Origin: Gemmatimonadales bacterium
GTDB taxonomy: Bacteria > Gemmatimonadota > Gemmatimonadetes > Gemmatimonadales > GWC2-71-9
Reading direction: 5' to 3'
NCBI GenBank assembly: GCA_036270795.1
Contig: DATBBW010000111.1
Coordinates: 1-59,036 of the forward strand
DNA length: 59,036 bases
Within the stretch, counting starts at the first letter, position 1, and each line of letters starts with the position of its first letter. Below the pieces are notes generated by a model that saw only the letters and a list, made by a program, of their open reading frames with translations, searched no databases and was not told where the DNA came from. Below are positions 43,202-51,181 of this stretch, one piece after another. The position numbers and the translations under genes are program-made.

Positions 43202-44839
43202 ATGAGCGACCGCACGATGAACCGTCGCACGTTTCTCGAGACCGCCGCGGTAAGCGGCGCCGCGGCTGCTGCCGGTTGGGCGGGGCCCCGCCCGGCCGGC
43301 GCAACGCGCGTCGCGGCACTCGAGGTCGAGGAAAACACCATCGCCGAGCTGCAAGCGGGCATGACGGCGGGCAAGTACACCGCCCGCTCGATCGCGGCGG
43401 CGTACCTCGAGCGGATCGAGCAGCTCGACCAGAAGGGCCCCGCGCTGCGCGCGGTGCTGGAGGTGAACCCGGACGCGCTCGCGGCGGCGGACGCGCTCGA
43501 CAGCGAGCGCCGAGGGAAGGGGCCCCGGGGACCCCTGCACGGCATTCCGCTCCTCGTGAAGGACAACGTCGCGACGCGCGACCGGATGCAATCCACGGCC
43601 GGATCGCTCGCGCTGGTCGGGACCACGCCGCCCCGCGACGCCTTCATCGTGGACCGCCTGCGGGCGGCCGGAGCCGTGATCCTCGGGAAGACCAATCTGA
43701 GCGAATGGGCCAACTTTCGGTCGAGCCACTCATCGAGCGGATGGAGCGGCCGGGGCGGGCAGTGCCGCAACCCCTACGCGCTCGATCGCACCCCGTCGGG
43801 CTCGAGCTCCGGCTCGGCCGTCGCTGTGGCCGCGAATCTCGTGGCCGCGGCCATCGGCACCGAAACCGACGGCTCGATCGTCTCCCCGTCTACCAGCTGC
43901 TCGATCGTCGGCATCAAACCGACCGTCGGCCTCGTGAGCCGCGCCGGGATCATCCCGATCGCCCACAGCCAGGACACCGCCGGGCCGATGGCGCGGACGG
44001 TGGCGGACGCGGCCCTGTTGCTCGGGGCGCTCACCGGGGTCGACTCCCGCGACCCAGCCACCAGCGCCGGCGCCGGCCAGTCGCGCACCGACTACCGCGC
44101 GTCGCTCGACGCCGCCGGGCTGAAGGGCGCCCGACTCGGCGTGTGTCGATCGCGGTTCATGGGCTATAGCCCGGCGACAGACGCCCTGATGGAGAGCGCC
44201 CTTGACACGCTCAAGCGGCTGGGGGCCGTGATCGTCGACCCGGCGGACATCACGACGGCGGGGCAGTTCGACGATACTGAGTTCACGGTCCTGTTGTACG
44301 AGTTCAAAGCGGACCTGAACCGCTACCTCAGCGAATGGGCGCCCGGGGCGCCCGCGAAAACGCTCGCAGACCTGATCGGATTCAACGAGCGGAACAAGGA
44401 TCGCGAACTCGTCTACTTCGGGCAGGAAATTTTCGTGCAGGCGCAGGCGAAGGGTCCACTCACGGACCAGGACTACCTGCGCGCGCTCGACAAGGACCAT
44501 CTGCTGGCGCGCCTCCAGGGCATCGACGCGGTGATGGCCGAACACCAGCTCGACGCGCTCATCGCGCCCACGGGCGGCCCCCCGGCCCTCATCGACCTCG
44601 TCAACGGCGATCCGGGGGGTGGGGGGAGCTTTTCGACTCCGGCGGCCGTCGCGGGTTATCCGCACGTCACGGTGCCGATGGGCTACGTCGTCGGGCTGCC
44701 CGTGGGGTTGTCGTTCGTGGGTCGGCCGTGGAGCGAGGCAGCGTTGATCAAGTTGGCGTTCGCCTACGAGCAGGCTACAAAGGTGCGGCGACCCCCGCGG
44801 TTTCTCGCAACGGCCGCCCTGCCGCTCGCCCCGATGTAA
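43202..44839 (+). CDS. Tat-exported amidase (amidase-signature family)
   Basis: GGAGA is upstream. The twin-arginine signal is MNRRTFLETAAVSGAAAAAG. The AS motif is GSSSGSAVAVAANLVAAAIGTETDGSIVSPS. The conserved Lys is in LLVKDN. Confidence 0.9.
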   Translation: MSDRTMNRRTFLETAAVSGAAAAAGWAGPRPAGATRVAALEVEENTIAELQAGMTAGKYTARSIAAAYLERIEQLDQKGPALRAVLEVNPDALAAADALDSERRGKGPRGPLHGIPLLVKDNVATRDRMQSTAGSLALVGTTPPRDAFIVDRLRAAGAVILGKTNLSEWANFRSSHSSSGWSGRGGQCRNPYALDRTPSGSSSGSAVAVAANLVAAAIGTETDGSIVSPSTSCSIVGIKPTVGLVSRAGIIPIAHSQDTAGPMARTVADAALLLGALTGVDSRDPATSAGAGQSRTDYRASLDAAGLKGARLGVCRSRFMGYSPATDALMESALDTLKRLGAVIVDPADITTAGQFDDTEFTVLLYEFKADLNRYLSEWAPGAPAKTLADLIGFNERNKDRELVYFGQEIFVQAQAKGPLTDQDYLRALDKDHLLARLQGIDAVMAEHQLDALIAPTGGPPALIDLVNGDPGGGGSFSTPAAVAGYPHVTVPMGYVVGLPVGLSFVGRPWSEAALIKLAFAYEQATKVRRPPRFLATAALPLAPM

Positions 44840-44986
44840 CACTGCGTCGCGAACGCGCCCGGTTTTGGTGCGCGGATCGGTTCCTCGTGTGCACCCCGCG
44901 CGCAGTCGCGCTGGCCCAACGGCGACGCATCGCGCCGCTGCCGCGTGTGTGCAGCGCGTCGGCCTGGCAACACATCACGGCGCGCG

Positions 44987-45010
44987 TGGCGGGCCTCGGC
45001 GCGACGCCGC
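44987..45010 (+). repeat. Direct repeat 1 (24 nt) upstream of a sigma-54 promoter; candidate activator site
   Basis: The sequence is tggcgggcctcggcgcgacgccgc and contains the dyad cggcg-cga-cgccg. Copy 2 lies 66 nt downstream. Confidence 0.5.
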
Positions 45011-45052
45011 ACGTCCGCCGCGCGTCGACGTCACACCACCCGAGAGCCAGCA

Positions 45053-45076
45053 TGGCGGGCCTCGGCGCGACACCGC
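45053..45076 (+). repeat. Direct repeat 2 (24 nt, 1 mismatch)
   Basis: The sequence is tggcgggcctcggcgcgacaccgc. It ends 67 nt upstream of the TGGCAC at 45143. Confidence 0.5.
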
Positions 45077-45142
45077 GCCCTCGCATCACCCCCTCATCGC
45101 TCCGACCGATGAGTCGCGTGGCGATTCACGACGACGCGGTTT

Positions 45143-45158
45143 TGGCACCGCCCTTGCG
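45143..45158 (+). promoter_or_regulatory. Perfect-consensus sigma-54 promoter of the 45214..46577 operon
   Basis: The sequence is TGGCACCGCCCTTGCG, matching 10 of 10 defined positions. The predicted TSS is near 45169, which is 45 nt upstream of ATG 45214. Confidence 0.65.
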
Positions 45159-45213
45159 TACTCGACCACCGGAGAGGGCAGCAGACGAACTACAAACTCC
45201 GGGAGGCGACATC

Positions 45214-45840
45214 ATGTCGAATCGCAGACACCTCAGCGTCCTGGCTAGTGCTGTCGCGGGGGCGCTCGCGCTGGTTGCCTGTAGCGACCAGACGAACGTC
45301 ACGACGGTGCCCAAACGCCCGAGCTTTTGGGGCGGCGTCACCGAGTGCGTCACCGGGAAGTGGACGGGCGGCGGTCGGATGGACCCGCCCAACCCAGACG
45401 TCCCAGATGGCGCAACGGGAACGAGCACGATGCAGGGGAAGGTCACGTTCGGGTTCAACGTCTTTCTCGGGACGGACCCGGTTAGCGGGCAATGCATCGT
45501 CACCAAGGGTGAGATCCAAGTCAACCACCACCCCTCGCACACCAGCTGGCACGTCTCGATCCACAACGGGGTGGATGACTTCAATGAAACCGTGTTCGCC
45601 GAGATCATCTCCCCGGACGCATCGGGCAGAGGCGTGTGTCTCGTCGTGGGCGAGACGCCCATCACGGCGCGCGTCGACGGGCAAAAAGGCACGGACCAGG
45701 TGCAAATGGAGCTCTGCGACAACGACCCCGACGCCCCGCAAAACAGCCGCACCGATGCGATGCGGTGGATCACCGCGGGGCACGGAGACACGGACCTCAC
45801 GTACTTGACAGGCGGTAACATCGTCGATCACGGGGCGTGA
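45214..45840 (+). CDS. Hypothetical lipoprotein (208 aa)
   Basis: GGGAGG lies 7 nt upstream. The lipobox is ALALVAC. I recognise no family. The first 293 codons of the track ORF are an artefact. Confidence 0.65.
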   Translation: MSNRRHLSVLASAVAGALALVACSDQTNVTTVPKRPSFWGGVTECVTGKWTGGGRMDPPNPDVPDGATGTSTMQGKVTFGFNVFLGTDPVSGQCIVTKGEIQVNHHPSHTSWHVSIHNGVDDFNETVFAEIISPDASGRGVCLVVGETPITARVDGQKGTDQVQMELCDNDPDAPQNSRTDAMRWITAGHGDTDLTYLTGGNIVDHGA

Positions 45841-45902
45841 TGGGCGATCCCATGCCAGCTCACGAGGATCAAGCCTCTTGGAATCGAGGAAGGAGCGCAC
45901 TG

Positions 45903-46577
45903 ATGAACGACATGAGAATACACGGGACGCACCACCTCGCCGCCCTCGGTGTGGTCGTCGCCCTGACCGCAGGATTGGCGGTGGCGGGGACCGCGCAGAC
46001 CGTCTCGGGCCAGGCGTTCAGCACGTACGTCAACACATCGGTCGCGTCCAGCATCCAGTCGCCGCTGGTGGTGCTGCCCGCCGTCTCGGGGACGGATGGC
46101 GCCGAAGCGGATGCAGAGGGCGCTGGGGTGACGGTCGCCAACACGCTGTCATCTGATTTCCTGAACAGTATCACGTCGGGCGAACTCGACACGAGCGCGG
46201 CCGGCGCGCAGAGCACCGCGAGTGCGGCCGATATCAACGTCCTGAACGGGCTGATCACCGCGGATGAAGTGATCGCCAACGCGACGAGCAGCCGCACCGG
46301 GAGCGGGGCCGTCAGCAACGCCGACGGTTCGACGTTCCAGAACTTGGTGGTGGCCGGCGTGGCGCTGACGACGGGCGATGGACCGGTGGCGCCGAACACG
46401 ACCATCGCCTTGTCTGGGGTCGGTTACGTCGTGTTAAACGAACAGACCCTCTCGGGGGACGGCGTCACGACCAGCGGGATCACGGTGAACATGATTCACG
46501 TGTACCTACAGAGCGCCCTCGGCGGCCCGACCGGCGAGATCATCGTCGGTTCGGCGACGACGTCCGTGGGTTCCTGA
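45903..46577 (+). CDS. Hypothetical secreted Ala/Thr/Ser/Gly-rich protein (224 aa)
   Basis: GGAAGGAG lies about 9 nt upstream of ATG 45903. The signal peptide ends in AVAGTAQT. The composition is beta-rich and low in charge, and there is no recognisable C-terminal sorting signal. Confidence 0.6.
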   Translation: MNDMRIHGTHHLAALGVVVALTAGLAVAGTAQTVSGQAFSTYVNTSVASSIQSPLVVLPAVSGTDGAEADAEGAGVTVANTLSSDFLNSITSGELDTSAAGAQSTASAADINVLNGLITADEVIANATSSRTGSGAVSNADGSTFQNLVVAGVALTTGDGPVAPNTTIALSGVGYVVLNEQTLSGDGVTTSGITVNMIHVYLQSALGGPTGEIIVGSATTSVGS

Positions 46578-46753
46578 TCTCGCGCACGAGCGGCGCCAGG
46601 TCTCGCGGGCCCGAGACCACGGAGCGCGGGGAGTAGCGGCTCAGGGGCTTGCCTGTCGCGGATGCAATTCCGCCGTGATGCGAGCGCACGCGGTGGGGAC
46701 CGCGCTGGCAAGTCCCGTTCCCGCTCGGCCGGGGGCGGTGTGTCGGTCGGGCG

Positions 46754-47332
46754 TCAGCGGCGAGCTGCGGGGGACTGGAGCTGGGCGTGGCGAAAGCATT
46801 TCACGAGGTGGTCATTCACCATCCCTACCGCCTGCATGAAGGCATAACAGATGGTCGGCCCGACGAAGCGGAAGCTCCGTTCGATCAGCGCGGCGCTCAT
46901 TTCGTCCGATTCGCGGGACCGCGCCGGGAGCTCCCGCAGACTGCGGCGGCGGTACTGCTTGGGCCTCCCCCCCACGAAGCCCCACAGGAAGCGGTCGAAC
47001 GAGCCCTCCCGCGCGCGCAATTCGAGAAACGCGCGGGCATTAGAGATCGCGGCGTGCACTTTCTGCCGGTTGCGCACGATGCCGGGATCCCGCAGCAACG
47101 CGGCGATCTTGCGGCGGTCGTAGCGCGCCAAGCGCTCCGGCTCGAACCCATCAAACGCCTCGAGGAAACGGGCGCGCTTGTGGAGAATCACGCGCCAGGA
47201 CAAGCCCGCCTGAAACCCATCCAGGACAAGCTTGGCGAATAGGTCCCGGTCGTCATGGAGCGGGACGCCCCACTCGGTGTCGTGATAGGCGACCATCAAG
47301 GGGTCGCCGTCGCCCCAGCAGCGCTTACGCAT
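46754..47332 (-). CDS. tag: DNA-3-methyladenine glycosylase I
   Basis: Motifs are CWGDGDPLMVAYHDTEWGVP, LVLDGFQAGLSWRVIL, GIVRNRQKV and VGPTICYAFMQAVGMVNDH. Confidence 0.92.
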   Translation of the reverse strand: MRKRCWGDGDPLMVAYHDTEWGVPLHDDRDLFAKLVLDGFQAGLSWRVILHKRARFLEAFDGFEPERLARYDRRKIAALLRDPGIVRNRQKVHAAISNARAFLELRAREGSFDRFLWGFVGGRPKQYRRRSLRELPARSRESDEMSAALIERSFRFVGPTICYAFMQAVGMVNDHLVKCFRHAQLQSPAARR

Positions 47333-47382
47333 ACGGAGGCGAATTCTGCACGGGCGGGCCCCCGGCCGGTAGTATAGACGCC

Positions 47383-48342
47383 ATGAAGTTCCTCCACGTC
47401 ACGGAGCAGCAGGGCCGCTACGCCGCCTCGCTCCGCGAGACCGCCATCCCGGTCCCGCAGCCCGGTGAGCTGCTGATCCGCGTCGCGGCGTCCGGCGTCA
47501 ACCGGGCCGACCTCTCGCAAATCGCCGGCCACTACCCCCCGCCCCCCGGGGAGCCCGACATCCTCGGCCTCGAGGTCGCGGGCACCGATGACGCCACGGG
47601 TGCCACCGTGTGCGCGTTGCTCGGCGGCGGCGGGCACGCCGAATACGTGGCGGCGCCCGTGGGGCAGGTGTTCGCGGCGCCGCCGGAGCTCGATCCCACG
47701 GTCGCCGCGGGGATCCCGGAGGCCTTCCTCACCGCGTTCGTCAACCTCGTGATCGAGGGCAGCCTCGCGGCGGGAGCCACCGCGCTGGTGCACGCCGGCG
47801 CGTCAGGGGTCGGGCTCGCGGCGATCCAGGTCGCCAAGTTGTGCGGCGCGCGCGTCGCGGCGACCACCCGCACGCGTGAGAAGCTTCCCGCGCTCGAGGC
47901 TGCAGGCGCGGATCTCGCGATTGACGCGGCGCGAGGGGACTTCGCGGCGGCGATCACCGCGCGCTGGGGCGCGGACCCCGTGGACGTGGTGCTCGATCCG
48001 GTGGGCCAGGCGAGCCTGGCGGGCGACCTGCGGGTGCTCGCTCCCGGCGGCCGCATTGTCTGCATCGCGACCATGTCGGGCGCGAGGGTCGAGCTGGACC
48101 TCGCCCAGCTCATGCGGAAACGCGCGCGCCTCGCTGGCTCTACGCTGCGCGCCCGTAGCCGCGCGGAGAAGGCGGCGCTCGTGACCCGGTTCTGCGCGGA
48201 GATCCTCCCAGCGCTCGCGTCCGGGGCGTTGCGCGTGACGCTCGACTCCGTGTTTCCTCCGCGGCGCGCCGCCGACGCGTTTCAGCGCATGCGCGAAAAC
48301 CGCAACGTCGGCAAAATCGTCATCGCGTGGACCGGCCGCTAA
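47383..48342 (+). CDS. NAD(P)H:quinone oxidoreductase (MDR superfamily, zinc-free type)
   Basis: Motifs are LIRVAASGVNRADL, the Rossmann motif LVHAGASGVGLAAIQ, and the typical ending NVGKIVI. Confidence 0.85.
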   Translation: MKFLHVTEQQGRYAASLRETAIPVPQPGELLIRVAASGVNRADLSQIAGHYPPPPGEPDILGLEVAGTDDATGATVCALLGGGGHAEYVAAPVGQVFAAPPELDPTVAAGIPEAFLTAFVNLVIEGSLAAGATALVHAGASGVGLAAIQVAKLCGARVAATTRTREKLPALEAAGADLAIDAARGDFAAAITARWGADPVDVVLDPVGQASLAGDLRVLAPGGRIVCIATMSGARVELDLAQLMRKRARLAGSTLRARSRAEKAALVTRFCAEILPALASGALRVTLDSVFPPRRAADAFQRMRENRNVGKIVIAWTGR

Positions 48343-48761
48343 CCGAGACTGCGAAAGTACCCCACCACGTCCGCGTTGCGGTAGAAGTACCACGCCGCGA
48401 GCGCGCCGAGCCCGAGGGCCTGCAGCGCCGCCCGCCAGGCGAGCGCCGCGGGGACGCGACCAGTCACCCCGACCGCGACCCCATAGACCGCAACCGTGGT
48501 CCAGAGCACCATGACGACATGCCGAGACCAGCGCTTGCGAGCGCGGAACCCATACGCGATCACCGCCATGAGCACGCCCATGGAGAGGAACAGCGGGCCC
48601 GCTACGCGCAGCCATTCGCCGCTCGTGACCGGTCGGCCGGCGATGCCGAAGGAGCCGACGCCGAGCGCCGCGAGGACCAGCAGCAGGCCGGCCCCCGCGG
48701 CGAACGCCGCCGCGAGCCGCCCGCCGAGCCGCATCAGGAACGGCATCTCCACCGCCGACAT
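48339..48761 (-). CDS. Small membrane protein (140 aa, about 4 TM helices)
   Basis: Only the last 140 codons of the 528-aa track ORF look protein-like and hydrophobic. The rest is antisense to 48825..49943. The stops overlap convergently with qor by 4 nt. Confidence 0.5.
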   Translation of the reverse strand: MSAVEMPFLMRLGGRLAAAFAAGAGLLLVLAALGVGSFGIAGRPVTSGEWLRVAGPLFLSMGVLMAVIAYGFRARKRWSRHVVMVLWTTVAVYGVAVGVTGRVPAALAWRAALQALGLGALAAWYFYRNADVVGYFRSLG

Positions 48762-48824
48762 GATGCTCAATCGGTCCCGTGAACGAGCGGCCGTCAAGAC
48801 TGGGGCGATGTATCTTGAGGGCGC

Positions 48825-49943
48825 ATGAAACTCCTGAGCAACGCCGTCGTCTTCGGCGTGGGGCTCGCGCGGGCGGTCACCGCGGCCGCGCAGACCACCC
48901 AGACCCTCAACATCTACGCGCAGGCGGGGGCGCACGCGCTCGCCCCCGCGGCGCTCCGCGCCCTCCCCCGCGTCTACGTCCCCAACTCGCACGACGGGAC
49001 CGTGTCGGTCATCGACCCCCGGACGTACCGCGTGGTGCGCACGTTTCGGACTGGGGCGCTGCCGCAGCACGTCGTGCCGTCCTACGATCTCACGACCCTC
49101 TGGGTGGCCAACAACCTGGGCAACACGCTGACGCCGATCGATCCCGGGACGGGGCGCGAGGGCAAGAACGTGCCCGTCGCGGATCCCTATAACCTCTACT
49201 TCACGCCGGACGGGCGGTTTGCCATCGTCGTCGCCGAACGGCTGCGGCGGCTCGACTTCCGGGACGCGCGCACGATGGCGCTGGTCCAATCCGTGCCGCT
49301 GTACTGCAAGGGCGTCGATCACCTGGAGTTCACTGCCGACGGGCAGAGCGCCATCGCCACGTGCGAGTTCTCCGGCCAGCTCGTGAAGCTGGATCTGACG
49401 AGCCGCGCCGTGACGGGGTACCTGACGCTCGATCCTGGAGGGCTGGGCCGCGCGGCGATGCCGCAAGACATCCGCTCCGCCGCGGACGGGAAGGTGTTCT
49501 ACGTGGCCGACATGGTGGCGAACGGCGTGTTTCTCGTCGACCCCGTCGCGTTCCAGCGCATCGGGTTCATCGCCACTGGGAAGGGCACGCACGGCCTGTA
49601 CCCGAGCCGCGATGGGCGGCTGCTGTACATCACCAACCGGGGCTGGAACACGACGGCGGGCGGCCGCCACGGGCCGGGCTCGGTGACCGTGCTCGACCTC
49701 GCCACCCGCCAGATTGTCGCCACTTGGCCGGTCCCGAGAGGCGGCAGTCCCGATATGGGGAACGTGAACGCCGATGGCACGGAGCTGTGGCTCTCCGGAC
49801 GCTACGACAACGAGGTCTATGTGTTCGACACCGAGACCGGACGCCTCACCCATCGGATCGCCGTGGGACGGGAGCCGCACGTGCTGTGCGTGTGGCCGCA
49901 GCCGGGACGATATTCGCTCGGCCACACGGGGAACATGAGGTGA
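48825..49943 (+). CDS. Secreted YVTN-family beta-propeller repeat protein
   Basis: There is a signal peptide, followed by repeated motifs YVPNSHDGTVSVID, LWVANNLGNTLTPID, FYVADMVANGVFLVD, LYITNRG...VTVLD and VYVFD. Confidence 0.8.
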   Translation: MKLLSNAVVFGVGLARAVTAAAQTTQTLNIYAQAGAHALAPAALRALPRVYVPNSHDGTVSVIDPRTYRVVRTFRTGALPQHVVPSYDLTTLWVANNLGNTLTPIDPGTGREGKNVPVADPYNLYFTPDGRFAIVVAERLRRLDFRDARTMALVQSVPLYCKGVDHLEFTADGQSAIATCEFSGQLVKLDLTSRAVTGYLTLDPGGLGRAAMPQDIRSAADGKVFYVADMVANGVFLVDPVAFQRIGFIATGKGTHGLYPSRDGRLLYITNRGWNTTAGGRHGPGSVTVLDLATRQIVATWPVPRGGSPDMGNVNADGTELWLSGRYDNEVYVFDTETGRLTHRIAVGREPHVLCVWPQPGRYSLGHTGNMR

Positions 49944-49950
49944 TCACGCC

Positions 49951-50730
49951 ATGAGCCGGATCGCGGGCCAGCTGATCCTCATCACCGGCGCGAGCTCGGG
50001 CATCGGCGCCGCCTGTGCGCGGCGGTTCGCCGCCGAGGGGGCGAACCTCGTGCTGTGGGCGCGCCGTCGGGACCGGCTCGAGCAGCTCGCCGCCGAGCTG
50101 TCGGAGCGGCATCGGCGCGTGACGCGGGTGGCCGCCATCGACGTGCGCGACCGTGCCGCTGTGACGCGCGCCGCCGACGCGCTCGTGGCCGAGGGGGCGG
50201 TCCCCGACGTCCTGCTCAACAACGCGGGGCTCGCGAGCGGCCTTGCCAAGCTGCACGAGGGCGATCCGGACGACTGGGATCGGATGATCGACACCAACCT
50301 CAAAGGGCTGTTGTACGTCAGCCGTGCCATCCTGCCGCACATGGTGGCGCGGCGCCGCGGGCACGTCGTGAACATCGGCTCGACGGCCGGCCACATGACC
50401 TACCCGATGGGCAACGTGTACAACGCCACCAAGTTCGGCGTGCGCGCGCTCACCGAAGGCATGAACCTCGACCTCGCCGGCACGCCCATCCGGGTGTCGA
50501 GTGTGGATCCGGGGTTCGTGGAGACGGAGTTCTCCGAGGTGCGCTTCCACGGCGACCGGGAGCGCGCGCGGGCGGTGTATCAGGGATTCCAGCCGCTCAC
50601 CCCCGAGGACATCGCCGACACGATTGCGTACGTCGTGAACCTGCCCGAGCACGTGAACATCGTCGATCTCATCATCGTGCCCACGGCGCAGCGCAACGTC
50701 TATGTGGTGGACCGCGACCCAGGTCGCTAG
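49951..50730 (+). CDS. Short-chain dehydrogenase/reductase (YdfG-like)
   Basis: Motifs are TGASSGIGAACARRF, NNAG and the catalytic YNATK. Confidence 0.88.
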   Translation: MSRIAGQLILITGASSGIGAACARRFAAEGANLVLWARRRDRLEQLAAELSERHRRVTRVAAIDVRDRAAVTRAADALVAEGAVPDVLLNNAGLASGLAKLHEGDPDDWDRMIDTNLKGLLYVSRAILPHMVARRRGHVVNIGSTAGHMTYPMGNVYNATKFGVRALTEGMNLDLAGTPIRVSSVDPGFVETEFSEVRFHGDRERARAVYQGFQPLTPEDIADTIAYVVNLPEHVNIVDLIIVPTAQRNVYVVDRDPGR

Positions 50731-50746
50731 GGTCTGCGCCGCAGCC

Positions 50747-50760
50747 CCGCAACGTTGCGG
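50747..50760. promoter_or_regulatory. Perfect 14-bp palindrome CCGCAACGTTGCGG, about 175-190 nt upstream of the 50935 sigma-54 promoter (candidate activator site, or a minimal stem after the SDR gene)
   Basis: The sequence is self-complementary over all 14 nt. It lies 17 nt after the SDR stop codon. Confidence 0.3.
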
Positions 50761-50934
50761 CCGTGCCGGGGGTCTAGCGGCGGCCGGTGCGGATTCCGAG
50801 CGGGCGCCGCCTCCGCGGCTGCTTGATTAAAGCGTCTGGCCCGATGCGGCAGTTGAGAACCTGCGGCCTGGCCTCCTCCGGGGAACGCCCGATTGTTGCA
50901 TTCATGCTACAGCCGACGTGGATACCGCTCCGCA

Positions 50935-50950
50935 TGGCGCATAAATTGCA
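50935..50950 (+). promoter_or_regulatory. Sigma-54 promoter (TGGCGC-N5-TTGCA) of the precursor-peptide cassette
   Basis: The sequence is TGGCGCATAAATTGCA, matching 9 of 10 defined positions. The predicted TSS is near 50961, which is 51 nt upstream of ATG 51012. Confidence 0.65.
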
Positions 50951-51011
50951 GCGTCACCGCAGCGGGGTCGCTCATGTGGAGCTCCCAGCGCTTCATGAAG
51001 GGAGGGTAGCG

Positions 51012-51155
51012 ATGCATCCGCAACACGTGAAACGGCCGTTTGTGGCGCCTACGCTGCACCGGGAGGCGTCGCTCGCCAGCGTGACGCTGTGGAGTAGTGG
51101 AGGTGACGCTGGAGTCGAGGAACAGGAACACGAGGGATATGAGGGGTCAACGTAA
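51012..51155 (+). CDS. Candidate RiPP precursor peptide (47 aa) with a lasso-type leader motif
   Basis: GGAGGG lies 5 nt upstream of the ATG. The peptide is MHPQHVKRPFVAPTLHREASLASVTLWSSGGDAGVEEQEHEGYEGST. The segment F-xx-P-x-L-xxx-A-xxxxx-T-x has the spacing of the lasso leader motif YxxPxLx3Gx5Tx. Local GC3 is lower than in neighbouring genes. Confidence 0.6.
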   Translation: MHPQHVKRPFVAPTLHREASLASVTLWSSGGDAGVEEQEHEGYEGST

Positions 51156-51181
51156 GTGATACGAAGCGGTTGCCCCTTGTT

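Noticed and set aside
5222-46577. An exosortase (EpsH) gene or PEP-CTERM sorting signals that would complete the exosortase-type EPS gene set.
   Set aside because: The only polytopic candidates are better explained otherwise: 6523..7887 as Wzy/O-antigen-ligase-like (RSGSRGG loop) and 17670..19178 as a Wzx flippase. None of the secreted proteins (324..2870, 4278..5132, 45214..45840, 45903..46577, 48825..49943) ends with a PEP motif followed by a TM helix and a basic tail.
9560-49925. N-terminal extensions of several track ORFs: 9560..11440, 11480..13570, 28503..31280, 34445..35230, 35034..36452, 44335..45840, 48339..49925, 56170..57723 and 21596..23002.
   Set aside because: In each case the recognisable protein begins at an internal start that has an SD, a signal peptide, or a start/stop overlap with the neighbouring gene. 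The upstream part overlaps another gene or is compositionally non-protein-like.
50787-51155. The full 122-aa track ORF (GTG 50787) and the antisense ORF 50907..51131 (74 aa), as alternatives to the 47-aa precursor.
   Set aside because: The sigma-54 promoter at 50935 and the SD GGAGGG at 51001 both lie inside the long ORF and point to the internal ATG 51012. The antisense ORF has no SD and a basic, low-complexity translation.
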